Notes: a model not told the origin generated them from the sequence alone. A stretch of DNA of 64,000 bases from Bacillota bacterium (GCA_021324295.1 JAJPJJ010000099.1:51966-115965), one strand, 5' to 3'; counted from the first letter of the stretch, positions 20,616-31,565 are shown. A program made the numbers and translations.

Positions 20616-21788
20616 CTACTGCCTCTCCGCGGGTCGCTCCGCCAGCGTCACGGGCACTTGATGCGTCGCCCGATCGCGCACGATCGACAACGTCACGCGT
20701 TCCCCGATCTTCTTGGTCACGACGTCGCGGACGAAATCGTTCCAGTTGTCGATCCGGTCCCCGTTCACGCCGGTGATGATGTCCCCGGGCTGGATGCCCG
20801 CGCGGGCCGCCGGCGACCCCGACTCGACCTGCCGCACGACCACGCCGTGGTCGGTCCCCAGGTTATACATCTGGGCGGTCTGCGGATCGACCTCGCCGCC
20901 GTAGACGACCCCCACCCAGGGCCGGATCACGCGGCCCTGGGAGATCAACTGCGCCATCTCCACCCGCGCCACGTCGCTCGGGATCGCGAACCCGATCCCC
21001 TGCGCGTTGGGAATGATCGCCGTGTTGATCCCGATCACGCGCCCGGAGCTATCCACGAGCGCGCCGCCGCTGTTGCCCGGGTTGATCGCCGCGGACGTCT
21101 GGATCAGGTTCTCGACGATGAGGTTGGGCAACTGCACATTCCGGTTGAGCGCGCTCACGACCCCGGTGGTCACGGTGCTGCCGAGCCCGAACGGGTTGCC
21201 GATCGCGATCGCGAGCTGGCCCACCTGCAGATCGCCGCTGCGGCCCAGTTGCGCGGCCGGGAGCTGCTCGGAGGTCTGGACCTTGATCACCGCGAGGTCG
21301 GCCAGGGGATCGGTCCCGACGATCTTGCCGGTCAGCGTCTTGCCGCCGAGCAGCGTCACCTTGATCGTCTGCGCGCCCTGGACCACGTGGTTGTTCGTGA
21401 GGATGTACCCGTCGGGCCGCACGATCACGCCCGAGCCGGCGCCCTGTTGGGGGAAGACGCCGAAGAACGTCTGCACCTGCGATTCCGTGTTGATGTTGAC
21501 GACGGACGGCCGCACCTTCTTGACCACGTTGATGATCACCTGCTCCTCCGGGGTCGAGCCGACCGGACCGGAGGGAGCAGCGGGGGCCAGGGCGGATGGC
21601 GGCGTCGGCGGCGTCGCGGCGGGCGCGGGCGGCGCCGGCTGGGCCGAGAACACCGGGTGCAGGTACTGCGGCAACACGACGCCTCCCAGCAGCGCCCCGG
21701 CCACGACCACGGCCAGGACGAGCGCCACGGAGGCAGGATACCCCAGGCCGCCGCGCCGCGGCGGGCCTGCTGGCGTCTGCGTCGACAT
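20616..21788 (-). CDS. HtrA/DegP-family serine protease (trypsin-like domain plus PDZ) with an N-terminal membrane anchor.
   Basis: Catalytic region ...LTNNHVV...DLAVIKV...[21 protein letters not shown]..., then a PDZ domain. ATG at 21788 ([10 protein letters not shown]) is preceded by AAGGAGG. The track ORF extends to 21836. Confidence 0.9.
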   Translation of the reverse strand: MSTQTPAGPPRRGGLGYPASVALVLAVVVAGALLGGVVLPQYLHPVFSAQPAPPAPAATPPTPPSALAPAAPSGPVGSTPEEQVIINVVKKVRPSVVNINTESQVQTFFGVFPQQGAGSGVIVRPDGYILTNNHVVQGAQTIKVTLLGGKTLTGKIVGTDPLADLAVIKVQTSEQLPAAQLGRSGDLQVGQLAIAIGNPFGLGSTVTTGVVSALNRNVQLPNLIVENLIQTSAAINPGNSGGALVDSSGRVIGINTAIIPNAQGIGFAIPSDVARVEMAQLISQGRVIRPWVGVVYGGEVDPQTAQMYNLGTDHGVVVRQVESGSPAARAGIQPGDIITGVNGDRIDNWNDFVRDVVTKKIGERVTLSIVRDRATHQVPVTLAERPAERQ

Positions 21789-21818
21789 CTCCGACCCTCC
21801 TTGAGACGCTGAGCGTTT

Positions 21819-21832
21819 CCTATTATACAGGA
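21819..21832 (-). promoter_or_regulatory. TG-TATAAT -10 element (minus strand), about 30 nt upstream of the htrA-like start.
   Basis: Plus-strand cctATTATAcagg is cctgTATAATagg on the minus strand. Confidence 0.5.
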
Positions 21833-21986
21833 ACAACCCCGGCCCGGCGCCCGCGCCCCCTGCGGCGGCGGCGGGCGCAGCCCGCCCCCTGGTAGCGCGG
21901 CGGTCGCGACACCGGTTCCCGCATGCGCGGGACCGCCGGACGCGGGGATCCCGCCGCCGCGCGCCGCGACGGCGCGCCCCGTGCGT

Positions 21987-22016
21987 TTGCCGCTCCGGGG
22001 CGCGTGCGGTATAATC
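21987..22016 (+). promoter_or_regulatory. Sigma-70-like promoter for the acc operon: -35 TTGCCG, 17-nt spacer, -10 TATAAT.
   Basis: ttTTGCCGctccggggcgcgtgcggTATAATcgagg, about 55 nt upstream of the accDA GTG start at 22069. Confidence 0.5.
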
Positions 22017-22068
22017 GAGGCGCTTTGGGCCTCACCATCCCCTTCCGGCGGCAGCAGGGCCTCCCTCA

Positions 22069-23922
22069 GTGCTAAACTGGCTGGGCCGGCCGAAGTACGC
22101 ATCCTCGAGCCGCCGCGAGCTCCCCGCCGGCCTCTGGATTAAGTGTCCCCGCTGTGCCAACCTCGTCTATCGTAAGGAGCTGGAGCGGAGCCTGCGGGTC
22201 TGCCCGCGCTGCGGATACCATCACCGGCTGTCCGCCCGGGACCGTCTCGCGATGGCGCTGGACGGGGAGTCGTTCGAGGAGCGCGACGCCGGGCTCGTGC
22301 CGGAGGATCCGCTCGGGTGGGTCGACGAGAAGCCGTATCCGGCCCGCATCGAGGAGGCCCAGCGCCGCACCGGCCTCCCGGAGGCGATCGTGACCGGGAC
22401 GGGCACGATCGAAGGGCGTGGAGCCGTCGTGGGCGCGATGGAGTTCGGGTTTCTCGGAGGCAGCATGGGGTCCGTCGTGGGCGAGAAGGTGGCGCGCTGT
22501 GCCGAGCTCGCCCGCGAGACGCGCCGACCGCTCGTCCTCTTCTCGGCATCCGGCGGCGCCCGCATGCAGGAAGGCACGCTCTCGCTCCTCCAGATGGCCA
22601 AGACGAGCGCCGCCCTGAGCCGGCTGGCGGACGCGGGCGTTGCGTTCATCTCCGTTCTGTGCGACCCGACGACGGGAGGCGTCGCGGCCAGCTTCGCGTT
22701 TCAGGGCGACGTGATCGTGGCGGAGCCCGGGGCGCTCGTCGGCTTCGCGGGGCGCCGGGTGATCGAGCAGACGATCCGCCAGAAGCTGCCCGACGGGTTC
22801 CAGACGGCCGAGTTCTTGCTCGAGCACGGCCTCATCGACGCGATCGTGCCACGGCAGGACCTGCGCCCCTACCTGGGACGCCTCCTCCGGCTGTGCGGCG
22901 CGCCGGTGGAGGCCGGCCGTCCGGCCGCGCCGGTGCAGGGGTGGCCCTCCGCGGAGGCGTCCCCCGACGGTCCCCCCGCCGATGAGCACCCCCCGTCTGA
23001 GGATCGCATCCCGCGGGAAGGCGGCGGGAGCCCGACGAGCGCCCTCGAACGGGGCCTCGCCATCACGGAGCGCGAGCTCGCCCCCACCCCCTCGCCGTGG
23101 CAGCGGGTCCAGCTCGCCCGCCACCCGGAGCGGCCCAAGATCGACGACTACATCGCCGGGCTGACGGCGGAGTTCGTCGAGCTGCACGGCGATCGCGCGG
23201 CGCGGGACGATCCCGCGATCGTGGCGGGGCTCGGCCTGATCGACGGCCGCCCGGCGGCGATCGTCGGCCATGCGAAGGGGCGCGACACCCGCGAGAACAT
23301 CGCGCGCAACTTCGGGATGCCGAGCCCCGAGGGCTACCGCAAGGCGGTCCGGGTCATGAAGCTTGCGGAGAAGCTCCGAGCCCCCGTGGTCACGCTGATC
23401 GACACACAGGGGGCGTACCCCGGCAAGGAGGCGGAGGAGCGCGGCCAGAGCGAAGCGATCGCCCGCGCGCTGCTCGAGATGGCGCGCCTCCGCGCGCCGA
23501 TCGTCACCGTGATCGCCGGCGAGGGCGGGAGCGGCGGGGCGCTGGCCATCGGCATGGGCGATGTCATCCTGATGTTGGAACACGCGGTCTACTCCGTCAT
23601 CTCGCCGGAGGGCTGCGCGGCGATCCTCTGGCGGGACGGGTCCCGCGCCCGCGACGCCGCAGCGGCGCTCCGGATCACCGCGCAGGATCTGGTGGGGTTT
23701 GGCATCGTCGACGAGATCATCCCGGAGCCGCCGGGCGGCGCGCACCGCGACCGCGAGGCCGCGGTCGGTGCCGTGGCCGCTGCCGTGCGCGCGCACCTCG
23801 CCCGCCTCCGCGACCGCCCGATCGAGACGATCGTGGCGGCCCGCTTCGAGAAGTTCCGCAGGATCGGCCGTGTGCGCGATACGAGCGGGGCCGAGGCACG
23901 CGCAGGGGGGCGCGGCACATGA
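22069..23922 (+). CDS. accDA: Acetyl-CoA carboxylase carboxyltransferase, beta (AccD) and alpha (AccA) subunits fused in one polypeptide.
   Basis: N-terminal AccD with Zn ribbon: [35 protein letters not shown]...[11 protein letters not shown]... Then a 60-aa Pro/Ala/Glu linker, then AccA: ...[22 protein letters not shown]...[25 protein letters not shown]... In frame with no stop across 617 aa. Confidence 0.9.
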   Translation: MLNWLGRPKYASSSRRELPAGLWIKCPRCANLVYRKELERSLRVCPRCGYHHRLSARDRLAMALDGESFEERDAGLVPEDPLGWVDEKPYPARIEEAQRRTGLPEAIVTGTGTIEGRGAVVGAMEFGFLGGSMGSVVGEKVARCAELARETRRPLVLFSASGGARMQEGTLSLLQMAKTSAALSRLADAGVAFISVLCDPTTGGVAASFAFQGDVIVAEPGALVGFAGRRVIEQTIRQKLPDGFQTAEFLLEHGLIDAIVPRQDLRPYLGRLLRLCGAPVEAGRPAAPVQGWPSAEASPDGPPADEHPPSEDRIPREGGGSPTSALERGLAITERELAPTPSPWQRVQLARHPERPKIDDYIAGLTAEFVELHGDRAARDDPAIVAGLGLIDGRPAAIVGHAKGRDTRENIARNFGMPSPEGYRKAVRVMKLAEKLRAPVVTLIDTQGAYPGKEAEERGQSEAIARALLEMARLRAPIVTVIAGEGGSGGALAIGMGDVILMLEHAVYSVISPEGCAAILWRDGSRARDAAAALRITAQDLVGFGIVDEIIPEPPGGAHRDREAAVGAVAAAVRAHLARLRDRPIETIVAARFEKFRRIGRVRDTSGAEARAGGRGT

Positions 23923-24389
23923 GCCAGGAGGGACGGCTGGACCTCGAGGAGATCCGTGCGCTGATCCGCCTCGCGACGGAGGCGGAGATCACCGAGCTCT
24001 TCGTCGACGCGCCCCACGTCAAGGTGCGGATCACCAAGGCCAACTCCGGCTCCGCCGTCTCCGGCGTCGCTCGCCGTGACGCGGCGGCGCCGGAGACGCA
24101 CGCGCGCGAGGAGCCGGCCGCCTCCGCGGAGGCGCGCTACGTCCCGATCGTGGCGCCGATGGTGGGCACGTTCTACCGCGCACCCAAGCCAGATGCTCCT
24201 CCGTTCGTCACCGAGGGCGACACGGTGCAGCCCGGGCAGGTCGTCTGCATCCTGGAAGCGATGAAGCTGTTCAACGAGATCACCAGCGAGGTGGCGGGAC
24301 GGATCGTACGGATCCTCGTCGAGAACGGCACGCCGGTCGAGTACGGACAGCCGCTCTTCCTCGTGGACCCCTCGCCCGCCGGCGCATGA
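23918..24389 (+). CDS. accB: Biotin carboxyl carrier protein.
   Basis: [29 protein letters not shown]...[31 protein letters not shown], with the EAMK biotinylation motif. Its ATG overlaps the accDA stop (ATGA). Confidence 0.85.
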
Positions 24390-24399
24390 GGCCGCCTCG

Positions 24400-25755
24400 A
24401 TGTTCAACAAGATCCTCATCGCCAACCGCGGCGAGATCGCCGTCCGCATCATCCGGACGTGCCGGGAGCTGGGGATCCGCACGGCCGCCGTGTACTCGGA
24501 GGCCGATCGCGGCGCGCTGCACGTAAGGCTGGCCGACGAAGCCTTCTGCATCGGCCCGGCCCCGGCCCGGGACAGCTATCTCAACATCCCCAATATCATG
24601 AGCACGGCCGAGCTGCTGGACGTGGACGCGATCCACCCGGGCTACGGTTTTCTCGCCGAGAATCCGCACTTCGCGGAGATCTGCCAGGACTGCCGCATCA
24701 CCTTCATCGGGCCGCCGCCGGAGGCGATCGAGAAGATGGGCAACAAGTCGGCGGCGCGGCAGATGATGCGCCGGGCGGGGATCCCGGTGATCCCGGGGAG
24801 CGACGGGCCGATCCGCGACGAGGCGCAGGCGCTCGCGGTCGCCCGCGAGACGGGGTTCCCCCTGATCATCAAGGCCGCGGCGGGCGGCGGCGGGCGCGGC
24901 ATGCGCGTGGTGCACACACGTGAGGACCTGCGGCGGCACCTCAGCGCCGCCCAGCAGGAAGCGGAGGCCGCCTTTGGCAACGGGGCCGTCTACATCGAGA
25001 AGTACCTCGAGCAGCCGCGGCACGTGGAGGTGCAGATCCTCGCCGACGGCCGCGGGACGACTGTCGCCTTGGGCGAGCGCGACTGCTCCGTGCAGCGCCG
25101 ACACCAAAAGCTCCTCGAAGAGTCGCCCTCCCCCGCGGTGTCCGCGCGGCTGCGGCGGGCCCTCGTCCGTGCCGCCGTCCGGGCGGCGGAGGTCGCCGGG
25201 TACGTCAACGCCGGGACGGTCGAGTTTCTCGTCGACAGTGACGAGCACTTCTACTTCATGGAGATGAACACGCGGATCCAGGTCGAACACCCGGTCACGG
25301 AGATGGTGACGGGGATCGACCTGGTGAAGGAACAGATCCGGATCGCGGCCGGGGAGCGGCTGACCCTGCCGCGCGAGCCCGAGACCCGCGGCCACGCGAT
25401 CGAGTGTCGGGTGAACGCCGAGGATCCCGCCCGGGACTTCGCGCCCTCGGCCGGGCCGATCACCGCGTTCGTCCCGCCGGGCGGGCCGGGGATCCGGGTA
25501 GACACGCACGCGTTCGCCGGGTACACGATCCCGCCGCACTACGACTCGCTCGTCGCCAAGGTCATCGCATGGGGTCGGGACCGCGACGAGGCGATCGCGC
25601 GGATGCAGCGGGCGCTCGGCGAGTTCGAGGTGCGCGGCATCCGGACGACGATCCCGTTCCACCTGGCAGTGCTGGACAACGCGTTCTTCCGCCGCGGGGA
25701 GGTGTACGTGAACTTCGTCCAGCGGCGGATCGACCTGAGCGCCCTGCGGTCCTAA
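24400..25755 (+). CDS. accC: Biotin carboxylase.
   Basis: [37 protein letters not shown]...451 aa. Confidence 0.95.
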   Translation: MFNKILIANRGEIAVRIIRTCRELGIRTAAVYSEADRGALHVRLADEAFCIGPAPARDSYLNIPNIMSTAELLDVDAIHPGYGFLAENPHFAEICQDCRITFIGPPPEAIEKMGNKSAARQMMRRAGIPVIPGSDGPIRDEAQALAVARETGFPLIIKAAAGGGGRGMRVVHTREDLRRHLSAAQQEAEAAFGNGAVYIEKYLEQPRHVEVQILADGRGTTVALGERDCSVQRRHQKLLEESPSPAVSARLRRALVRAAVRAAEVAGYVNAGTVEFLVDSDEHFYFMEMNTRIQVEHPVTEMVTGIDLVKEQIRIAAGERLTLPREPETRGHAIECRVNAEDPARDFAPSAGPITAFVPPGGPGIRVDTHAFAGYTIPPHYDSLVAKVIAWGRDRDEAIARMQRALGEFEVRGIRTTIPFHLAVLDNAFFRRGEVYVNFVQRRIDLSALRS

Positions 25756-25787
25756 AATTGCGCGGATCCGCCCGGAGCCCGCGCGGG

Positions 25788-26597
25788 CTAGCGAGCCGGA
25801 AAGTCGAACGCCGCCGGCCGGGCCCCGTGGACCCGCACCGACACTGCCGTGTCGGCGACGACCACCTCGGCATGCGTCCCCGCCGGCCGACCGTCCGTGA
25901 GCGCGCAGTCCACCAGCGAGCCGAGCGTCACGTACGGGATACCTGAGATCGTTGTGCGCCGGGTCCAATGCATGTGGCCATTGAGCACCGCGCGGACGCG
26001 CCCGCACTCCTCGAGGACCGACCGCACCCCGGCGCGGTTCACGGCGTGCGCGAGATGAGGCCGCGCACCGAAGAACCAGTGGGATGCAACCTCCTGTTCG
26101 TCCAAGGGATGATGGCAGAAGACCATACAGGGGCCGGGGCTGTCCGTGACGGCGCGCCTGAGCCACGCGATCTGCTCCATGCCGACCGTCCCACCCACCC
26201 CATCGAACATCGGGTCCTGGCTGTCGAGCAGGATGAGCCGCAGCCCGCCCCAATCGAGGTATTCCGAAGGCCCTCGCTTGTCGAGCAACGCCACCAGTTC
26301 AGCCTTCGGCAGATTGACCACATCGTGATTCCCGAGCAGGTGCAACACCGGCACGCCGACGCGGCGCAGCATCGAGCGGGTCCAGACCGTCCGTTCGCGG
26401 TCCCGGCCCGGATCAGTATCGTTGATGCGATCGCCGAGGTCGACGATGATGTCCGGCCGGAACACGCGCATCGCCTCGCAGAAGAGGTCCAACTGCACGG
26501 ACGCCTGTGTGCCGAGCCTCGTATCCATGTCGGGGCCGCAGTGGATATCGGTCACGACGCCGATGCGCACGTGGCCCCGCGGTTTCGCGGCGGGCAT
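25788..26597 (-). CDS. Metallophosphoesterase (calcineurin-like).
   Basis: MPAAKPRGHVRIGVVTDIHCG...GDRINDTD...GNHD... ATG at 26597 overlaps the stop of the upstream SBP gene. Confidence 0.8.
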   Translation of the reverse strand: MPAAKPRGHVRIGVVTDIHCGPDMDTRLGTQASVQLDLFCEAMRVFRPDIIVDLGDRINDTDPGRDRERTVWTRSMLRRVGVPVLHLLGNHDVVNLPKAELVALLDKRGPSEYLDWGGLRLILLDSQDPMFDGVGGTVGMEQIAWLRRAVTDSPGPCMVFCHHPLDEQEVASHWFFGARPHLAHAVNRAGVRSVLEECGRVRAVLNGHMHWTRRTTISGIPYVTLGSLVDCALTDGRPAGTHAEVVVADTAVSVRVHGARPAAFDFPAR

Positions 26598-27896
26598 CAC
26601 GGGGCGAGCGCCTGGTCGACCTGGGCTTGCGCCCACGACAGCGCCGCGTCCGGCAACTGCGCCCCGGTCATCACGTGCTGGACCGCCTCGTTGATGATGT
26701 TGTAGACCTTCTGGTTGGCGTACGTCATCAACTCTTCCTGACAATACGCGAGCTGATCACGTGCCACGAGATACTGGGGCCACTCCGTGACGAAGGTCCG
26801 CATCTCCGGCACGCCATAGGCGGACTTGCGGGTCGCGATATATCCGGAGTCCATACTCCACTTCGCGGCTCTCTCGGGGGATGTCAGCCATTCGATAAAC
26901 GTCCAGGCCGCCTCCTGATGGGACGCGGGCACGCCCCTGAAGATATACAGGTTTCCGCCTCCGGTCGGGCATCCATACCGCGCCCGCTTCGGCATGAACG
27001 CCGTGCCGAACCGGAAGTGCGCCTCCCTCCGGACGAACGACAGGTTACCGGTCGAGTGGAAGAACATCGCCGTACGCTGGGCCACGAAATCCGACGGAAC
27101 GGCGACGAGGTTCAGCACCCCGGGCGGCATCACGTGGTAGGTATACACCAACGAGTACCAGAAGCGCAGCGCCGCCTTCGCCCCGGGCGAGGTGAGATAG
27201 ACTTTGCGTCCCGACGGCTCAAAGAACGGGCTCCCGGCCTGGAGGACAAATCCTTGCAGGAGCCAGTAGGTGGCGCCCTGGCTGCTCGTTGGGATCTCCA
27301 CACCCCACTGCACGACCTCGCCGCTGGGGCTCCTGACCGTGAGACGCCGCGCGTCGGTAACCAGTTCATCCCACGTGCGCGGCGGACGGTTCGGGTCGAG
27401 GCCTGCCTTGGCAAACAGGTCTTTGTTATAGAAGAGGATGGGTGAGCTGCGCTGGAAGGGAATGCTCCAGGTCTTTCCATCGGCGCGCGAGTTCAGCCAG
27501 AACGCCGGCTGAAAATCGTCCGCCCACCCCTTGGGTTCCTTGGCGATGAAGCCGTCCAGGGGGATGATGGCGCTCATCTGGACCATCGTCAAGAGATCCG
27601 CAGAGAGGAGCACGGCGACATCCGGGGGTCGTCCGCCGACGAGGGCGGTCACGATCTTCGCCCGCGTCTGGTCGTAGTCGCCAGTGAACACCGGCGTGAT
27701 GACGATATCGGGATGCGTCTTGTTGAACTCGTCCACGTACGTGTTGACGATCTTTGCCAGCGGCCCGGCCACGGCCACCGGATAGTAGAAGGTCAAGGGG
27801 ACCGGAGCGGCCGCATTCACCGAGGGCACGCCCGCGAGAGCGAGTAGGATCACCGCAACCAGGCAACCTCCCTGCCACGGCCGATGTGCCTTCATC
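26597..27896 (-). CDS. ABC transporter substrate-binding protein, carbohydrate type (family 1), lipoprotein-like signal peptide.
   Basis: MKAHRPWQGGCLVAVILLALAG... ATG at about 27896 is preceded by AGGAGAAAGGAG. No permease genes adjacent. Confidence 0.85.
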
Positions 27897-28013
27897 CGAG
27901 GCTCCTTTCTCCTCGCGGCTTGGCGCGGCTGGACGAACGGCCGCGACGCGCTGCCCGCGGGATGCGCGGCCCTGGTGTCCTCCCGGGCCGCGCCTCGCGG
28001 CGCTCGCGCGCGA

Positions 28014-29042
28014 TCAGGCATCTGCGTCCACCAGGATCATTGTCTTCAGGACGCCGTCGCGATAGCTGTTCTGCCGCACGAACGCCTCCGGGGTCCGATC
28101 GAGGGGAAACCGGTGGGTGACGAGGGCGTCAAGCGTCACCCGCCCGCCCTGCGCCATCTGCACCGCCCGGGGATAGACGCGGCCCATTCTCCTGGCGAAC
28201 TTGAGAACCAACCCTTTCCGGCGCGCGGCGGCGGCGTCGAGCGCGAACGTGTCGCCGTCGGGAATCCCGACCAGGATGATCCGTCCGCCGATCCGCGCGA
28301 TCGCGACCGCCTGGGCCGGCGCCATCGGCGAGTTCGTCGCCTCCAGGACCACGTCGACGCCGCGGCCTCCGGTCCAGTCCATGATGGCATCTGCCCGTGT
28401 GGCCACCTCGTCGGCGCCGAGGCGGCGCCCTACCTCGACGCGGTACTCGAGGGGGTCGACCACGAAGACGCGCCCCGCGCCGGACGCCCGAGCAACCTGC
28501 ATGAGGAGCAGGCCGATCGGCCCTGCGCCTAGCACGGCCACGGTCTCCATCGGGCGCAAGCGGGCGAGATCGAGCGCGTGAATGGCTACACCCAGCGGCT
28601 CCAGCAGGGCCGCCGGGACGGCTCCCATCCCGGCGGCTACGGGCACGGCGGCTTCCGCCGGGGCCACATGATACTCGGCGAGCCCCCCGTGGCACCCAGG
28701 GGAGCCGGCGAACCGCGTGGCGGGGCAGAGGTTGGGATGCCCTCCGAGGCACCACTCACACGAGCCGCAGGAGCGGGCGGGATCGACCGCCACGAGGCAG
28801 CCCGGCGCCAGATCGCACGTCCGGCTGCGGTTTTCGACCACGATCGCGGAGAACTCGTGGCCGGGGATCAGCGGGGACGTGATCCCCACTGGGCCGATCC
28901 GCCCTTCCCGGTAGTAATGCAGGTCGCTGCCGCACAACCCGACGGCCTGCACGCGGAGCAGCACCTCCCCCGCCCCGGGCGCCGGCCGCGGGACGTGTGC
29001 CAGTCGGACATCGTGCGGCCCGTACAGCAAAGCGGCGCGCAT
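28014..29042 (-). CDS. Zn-dependent medium-chain alcohol/polyol dehydrogenase (sorbitol or L-threonine dehydrogenase-like).
   Basis: MRAALLYGPHDVRLAHVPRPAPGAGEVLLRVQAVGLCGSDLHYYREG...GHEFSAIV...CGSCEWCLGGHPNLC... with the structural Zn Cys cluster and Rossmann GAGPIGLL. Confidence 0.85.
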   Translation of the reverse strand: MRAALLYGPHDVRLAHVPRPAPGAGEVLLRVQAVGLCGSDLHYYREGRIGPVGITSPLIPGHEFSAIVVENRSRTCDLAPGCLVAVDPARSCGSCEWCLGGHPNLCPATRFAGSPGCHGGLAEYHVAPAEAAVPVAAGMGAVPAALLEPLGVAIHALDLARLRPMETVAVLGAGPIGLLLMQVARASGAGRVFVVDPLEYRVEVGRRLGADEVATRADAIMDWTGGRGVDVVLEATNSPMAPAQAVAIARIGGRIILVGIPDGDTFALDAAAARRKGLVLKFARRMGRVYPRAVQMAQGGRVTLDALVTHRFPLDRTPEAFVRQNSYRDGVLKTMILVDADA

Positions 29043-29077
29043 CGCGATAGGGTCGGCCCCCGCCGCTCCCTCGGGCG

Positions 29078-30061
29078 TCATCCTTCCTCGATGCCGCCCT
29101 TCCGCAGCACCCCGCGGACGGTGGCCTCATCGCTCACCAGCACGTTGACGTGTCCACCCCGCAGCGCCCCCAGGATGGCCGGCACCTTGCTTGGGCCCGC
29201 CGCGACCGCGATCCTGAGCGGAATCCGGTGCAGCTCGGGGAAGGTGAGGCCGATCACGCGATCGTCGAGCCCGCCGCCGACAGGCCGGCCGTGGAGATCG
29301 TAGAATCTGCCCAAGATATCCCCGACCGCGCCGAGCGCCCGGAGGTGCGCCATCCCACTCCGCGTGAGGGCCCCGGCCCGGATCAACGCCGCGTCGTCGG
29401 TGACGTCGCCGATGCCAAGGATCGCCTTCGTCGCCCGCCGGGCCAGCGCCAGAGCCTCGGCGACCGCGCGATCCGATGTGATCGCGCGTCGGATCCCGGC
29501 GGAATCGACGATCGCCGGGACGAGCAAGCACGTGAGCTTGGCCTGGAAGCGGTCGGCGATCGCGCTGGCCAGATCGAACGCCCCGTGCCCGGTCGGCCCC
29601 CGAACGAGCGCGCCGTTCAGGAGCACCACCGAGAGGTTGCGGACGGGCCGCCGGGGGAGGCAAACGGCGACCTCGTGCAGTGTGCGGCCCCACGACGTGC
29701 CGAGGATCTCCCCGGGCCGGACGATCCGCGCGAGGTACTGCGCGGCGGCCCGCCCCACCTCGTGCACGCCGGCCGGGGCGGGAACGATCACGGCCTCACG
29801 GAGGCCGAACCGCTCCGTGAGGCGCTTCTCCAGGGCCAAGCGGGCGAGCGAAGGGTGCTCCAGCCTGATATCGACGATCCCGAGCTCGCGGGCCCGGCGC
29901 AACGCCCGCATGATGCGTTGCCGGCTCATCCCCAGCCGGGCCCCGATCGCCTGCTGGGTCATGTCGTCGCGATAGTAGTGCCATGCGATCCGCGCCAGCA
30001 GGTCGGTGTCCTCGGGTGGGGCGCCGCCGGCGCTCCGGACTTTTGTCACCTCGCGTAACAT
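29078..30061 (-). CDS. SorC/DeoR-family sugar-responsive transcriptional regulator.
   Basis: N-terminal HTH: LLARIAWHYYRDDMTQQAIGARLGMSRQRIMRALRRARELGIV. C-terminal sugar-binding domain. Overlaps the dehydrogenase start. Confidence 0.85.
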   Translation of the reverse strand: MLREVTKVRSAGGAPPEDTDLLARIAWHYYRDDMTQQAIGARLGMSRQRIMRALRRARELGIVDIRLEHPSLARLALEKRLTERFGLREAVIVPAPAGVHEVGRAAAQYLARIVRPGEILGTSWGRTLHEVAVCLPRRPVRNLSVVLLNGALVRGPTGHGAFDLASAIADRFQAKLTCLLVPAIVDSAGIRRAITSDRAVAEALALARRATKAILGIGDVTDDAALIRAGALTRSGMAHLRALGAVGDILGRFYDLHGRPVGGGLDDRVIGLTFPELHRIPLRIAVAAGPSKVPAILGALRGGHVNVLVSDEATVRGVLRKGGIEEG

Positions 30062-30068
30062 TTGTTAC
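30055..30068. promoter_or_regulatory. Perfect palindrome GTAACAtTTGTTAC spanning the ATG of the SorC-family regulator; candidate autoregulatory operator.
   Basis: Plus-strand cgcGTAACATTTGTTACga. The regulator's ATG is the complement of the central CAT. 6-bp arms with a 2-nt spacer. Confidence 0.35.
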
Positions 30069-30152
30069 GATGGTTCGACAGGCGGGCGCCGGCTTCCTGC
30101 CTCGGGGACGGGCGCCGGGCGACCGGCCCGCCGCCCGTACGCGGCGAGCGCG

Positions 30153-30881
30153 CTACTGTTTGATGCCCAGCCGCTTGGCGACGTCTGGGTTGAGCGTGTA
30201 GATCCCGACGACTTCTCCCTTCGCCAGCACGTGACCCTGCACCGCCTTCATCACATGGGGCCCGGTGAAGGCGCCGGAGAGCCGGAGATGGGCGGTGTCG
30301 AGCGCGTACACGATGAAGTGGTAGTGGTGGACGATCGTATCGTTCCACGGCGGGCACGGGCCATCGTAGCCGCCATGGACGGCCCCGCCCCCGCCGTAGT
30401 CGTTCGCCCCGCGGACGCCGTACCGGGTCCGGCCGACCGGCTTGCCCTGTGGGGTCACGCCGGTGGAATCCGCGCCCTCCGGCAGCGCGGTCACGGTCGG
30501 CGCGATATCCACGAGGAGCCAGTGGTAGAAGTCCCGGCGGGGCAGGCTGGCCGGGATGGTCTGGCCCTCCTTGTTGGCGCTGGTGAACACCGTCGGGACA
30601 TCGGTGTCGACGACGACGATCGCGTACGAGGCGGTGCCCGCCGGCCCCTTGGACCAGCGGATCGCGGGGCTCCGGTTGGGTCCGCCGGTCACATGGCCCT
30701 GCGCCGCCGGCACGCAGTACGCGTACGTGCCCGGAATGACGCCGCCCGGCTTCAGGCGATCGACGGTCACGGCCAGCGCGGACCCGGCCGCATCGCTCAC
30801 CGCCGATCCGGCGGCCAGCGTGAGCACGCCGGCCGCCAGGAGCGCTACGGCACCCCACACCCTGCTCGCGCTCTGTGCCAT
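30153..30881 (-). CDS. YbhB/YbcL (PEBP/RKIP) family secreted protein.
   Basis: MAQSASRVWGAVALLAAGVLTLAAGSAVS signal peptide. PEBP motifs ...YHWLLVDIAP..., ...GGYDGPCPP..., ...HHYHFIVYALD... ATG at 30881 is preceded by GAGGAGG. Confidence 0.8.
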   Translation of the reverse strand: MAQSASRVWGAVALLAAGVLTLAAGSAVSDAAGSALAVTVDRLKPGGVIPGTYAYCVPAAQGHVTGGPNRSPAIRWSKGPAGTASYAIVVVDTDVPTVFTSANKEGQTIPASLPRRDFYHWLLVDIAPTVTALPEGADSTGVTPQGKPVGRTRYGVRGANDYGGGGAVHGGYDGPCPPWNDTIVHHYHFIVYALDTAHLRLSGAFTGPHVMKAVQGHVLAKGEVVGIYTLNPDVAKRLGIKQ

Positions 30882-31021
30882 CCCAGTGCCTCCTCTCGCG
30901 TCGGGAACTCCGGATTCGATCCGGCTGGGGGCGGGGAGCTGCCCTCCGCTCCCCGCACGCGATCCCGCGTCGGTTTGCCGCGGCGGCCGGGCGGAAGAGA
31001 TCGACACGGCATTGGCGTCTG

Positions 31022-31426
31022 CTACTCGAGCGCGCCGATCGCCCGGAGCCGCGCCCGCAGTCGCTCGCGAGGCACGACCACCTGGACGTTGTGCCCCTCG
31101 CCGATGCGCCCCTGCTCGTTGAACGCCTCGAGCCGGCAGTAGATCCGGCGGCCCTCGACCCGTTCCACGACCGCCCGCGCCACGACCCGCTGGCCGACGG
31201 GCGTGGGCGCCAGGTGCACGACGTCGATCGCGTGGCCCACGGCGTCCTCATCCTCGTCCAGGAACGGGAGGATCACCTTGCGGCTGGCTTCCTCCAGGTG
31301 CTTGACCATCATCCATGTCGCGTACACCGGATGCGCCATCCCCAGCTCGTCGAAGCGGGCCACCATCGCCTCGGTGACCGTGATCTGCACCTCACCGACA
31401 GCACCCGGCGCCAGCCCGTCACGCAT
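31022..31426 (-). CDS. Hotdog-fold acyl-CoA thioesterase family protein.
   Basis: MRDGLAPGAVGEVQITVTEAMVARFDELGMAHPVYATWMMVKHLEEASRKVILPFLDEDEDAVGHAIDVVHLAPTPVGQRVVARAVVERVEGRRIYCRLEAFNEQGRIGEGHNVQVV. ATG at 31426. Confidence 0.7.
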   Translation of the reverse strand: MRDGLAPGAVGEVQITVTEAMVARFDELGMAHPVYATWMMVKHLEEASRKVILPFLDEDEDAVGHAIDVVHLAPTPVGQRVVARAVVERVEGRRIYCRLEAFNEQGRIGEGHNVQVVVPRERLRARLRAIGALE

Positions 31427-31565
31427 CCCGGTCCCCCTCGGGTCGCTCCATCCCCGCGGCAGTGGTTCGTCCGCGGCCCGGCGGGGTCCCCCCGGCCGGG
31501 CCGGCGGGGGAGCAGGGGGTCTGTGGGGCGCGGCGAACGGTCCGGCGAGAAAGGGGGAACGCACC

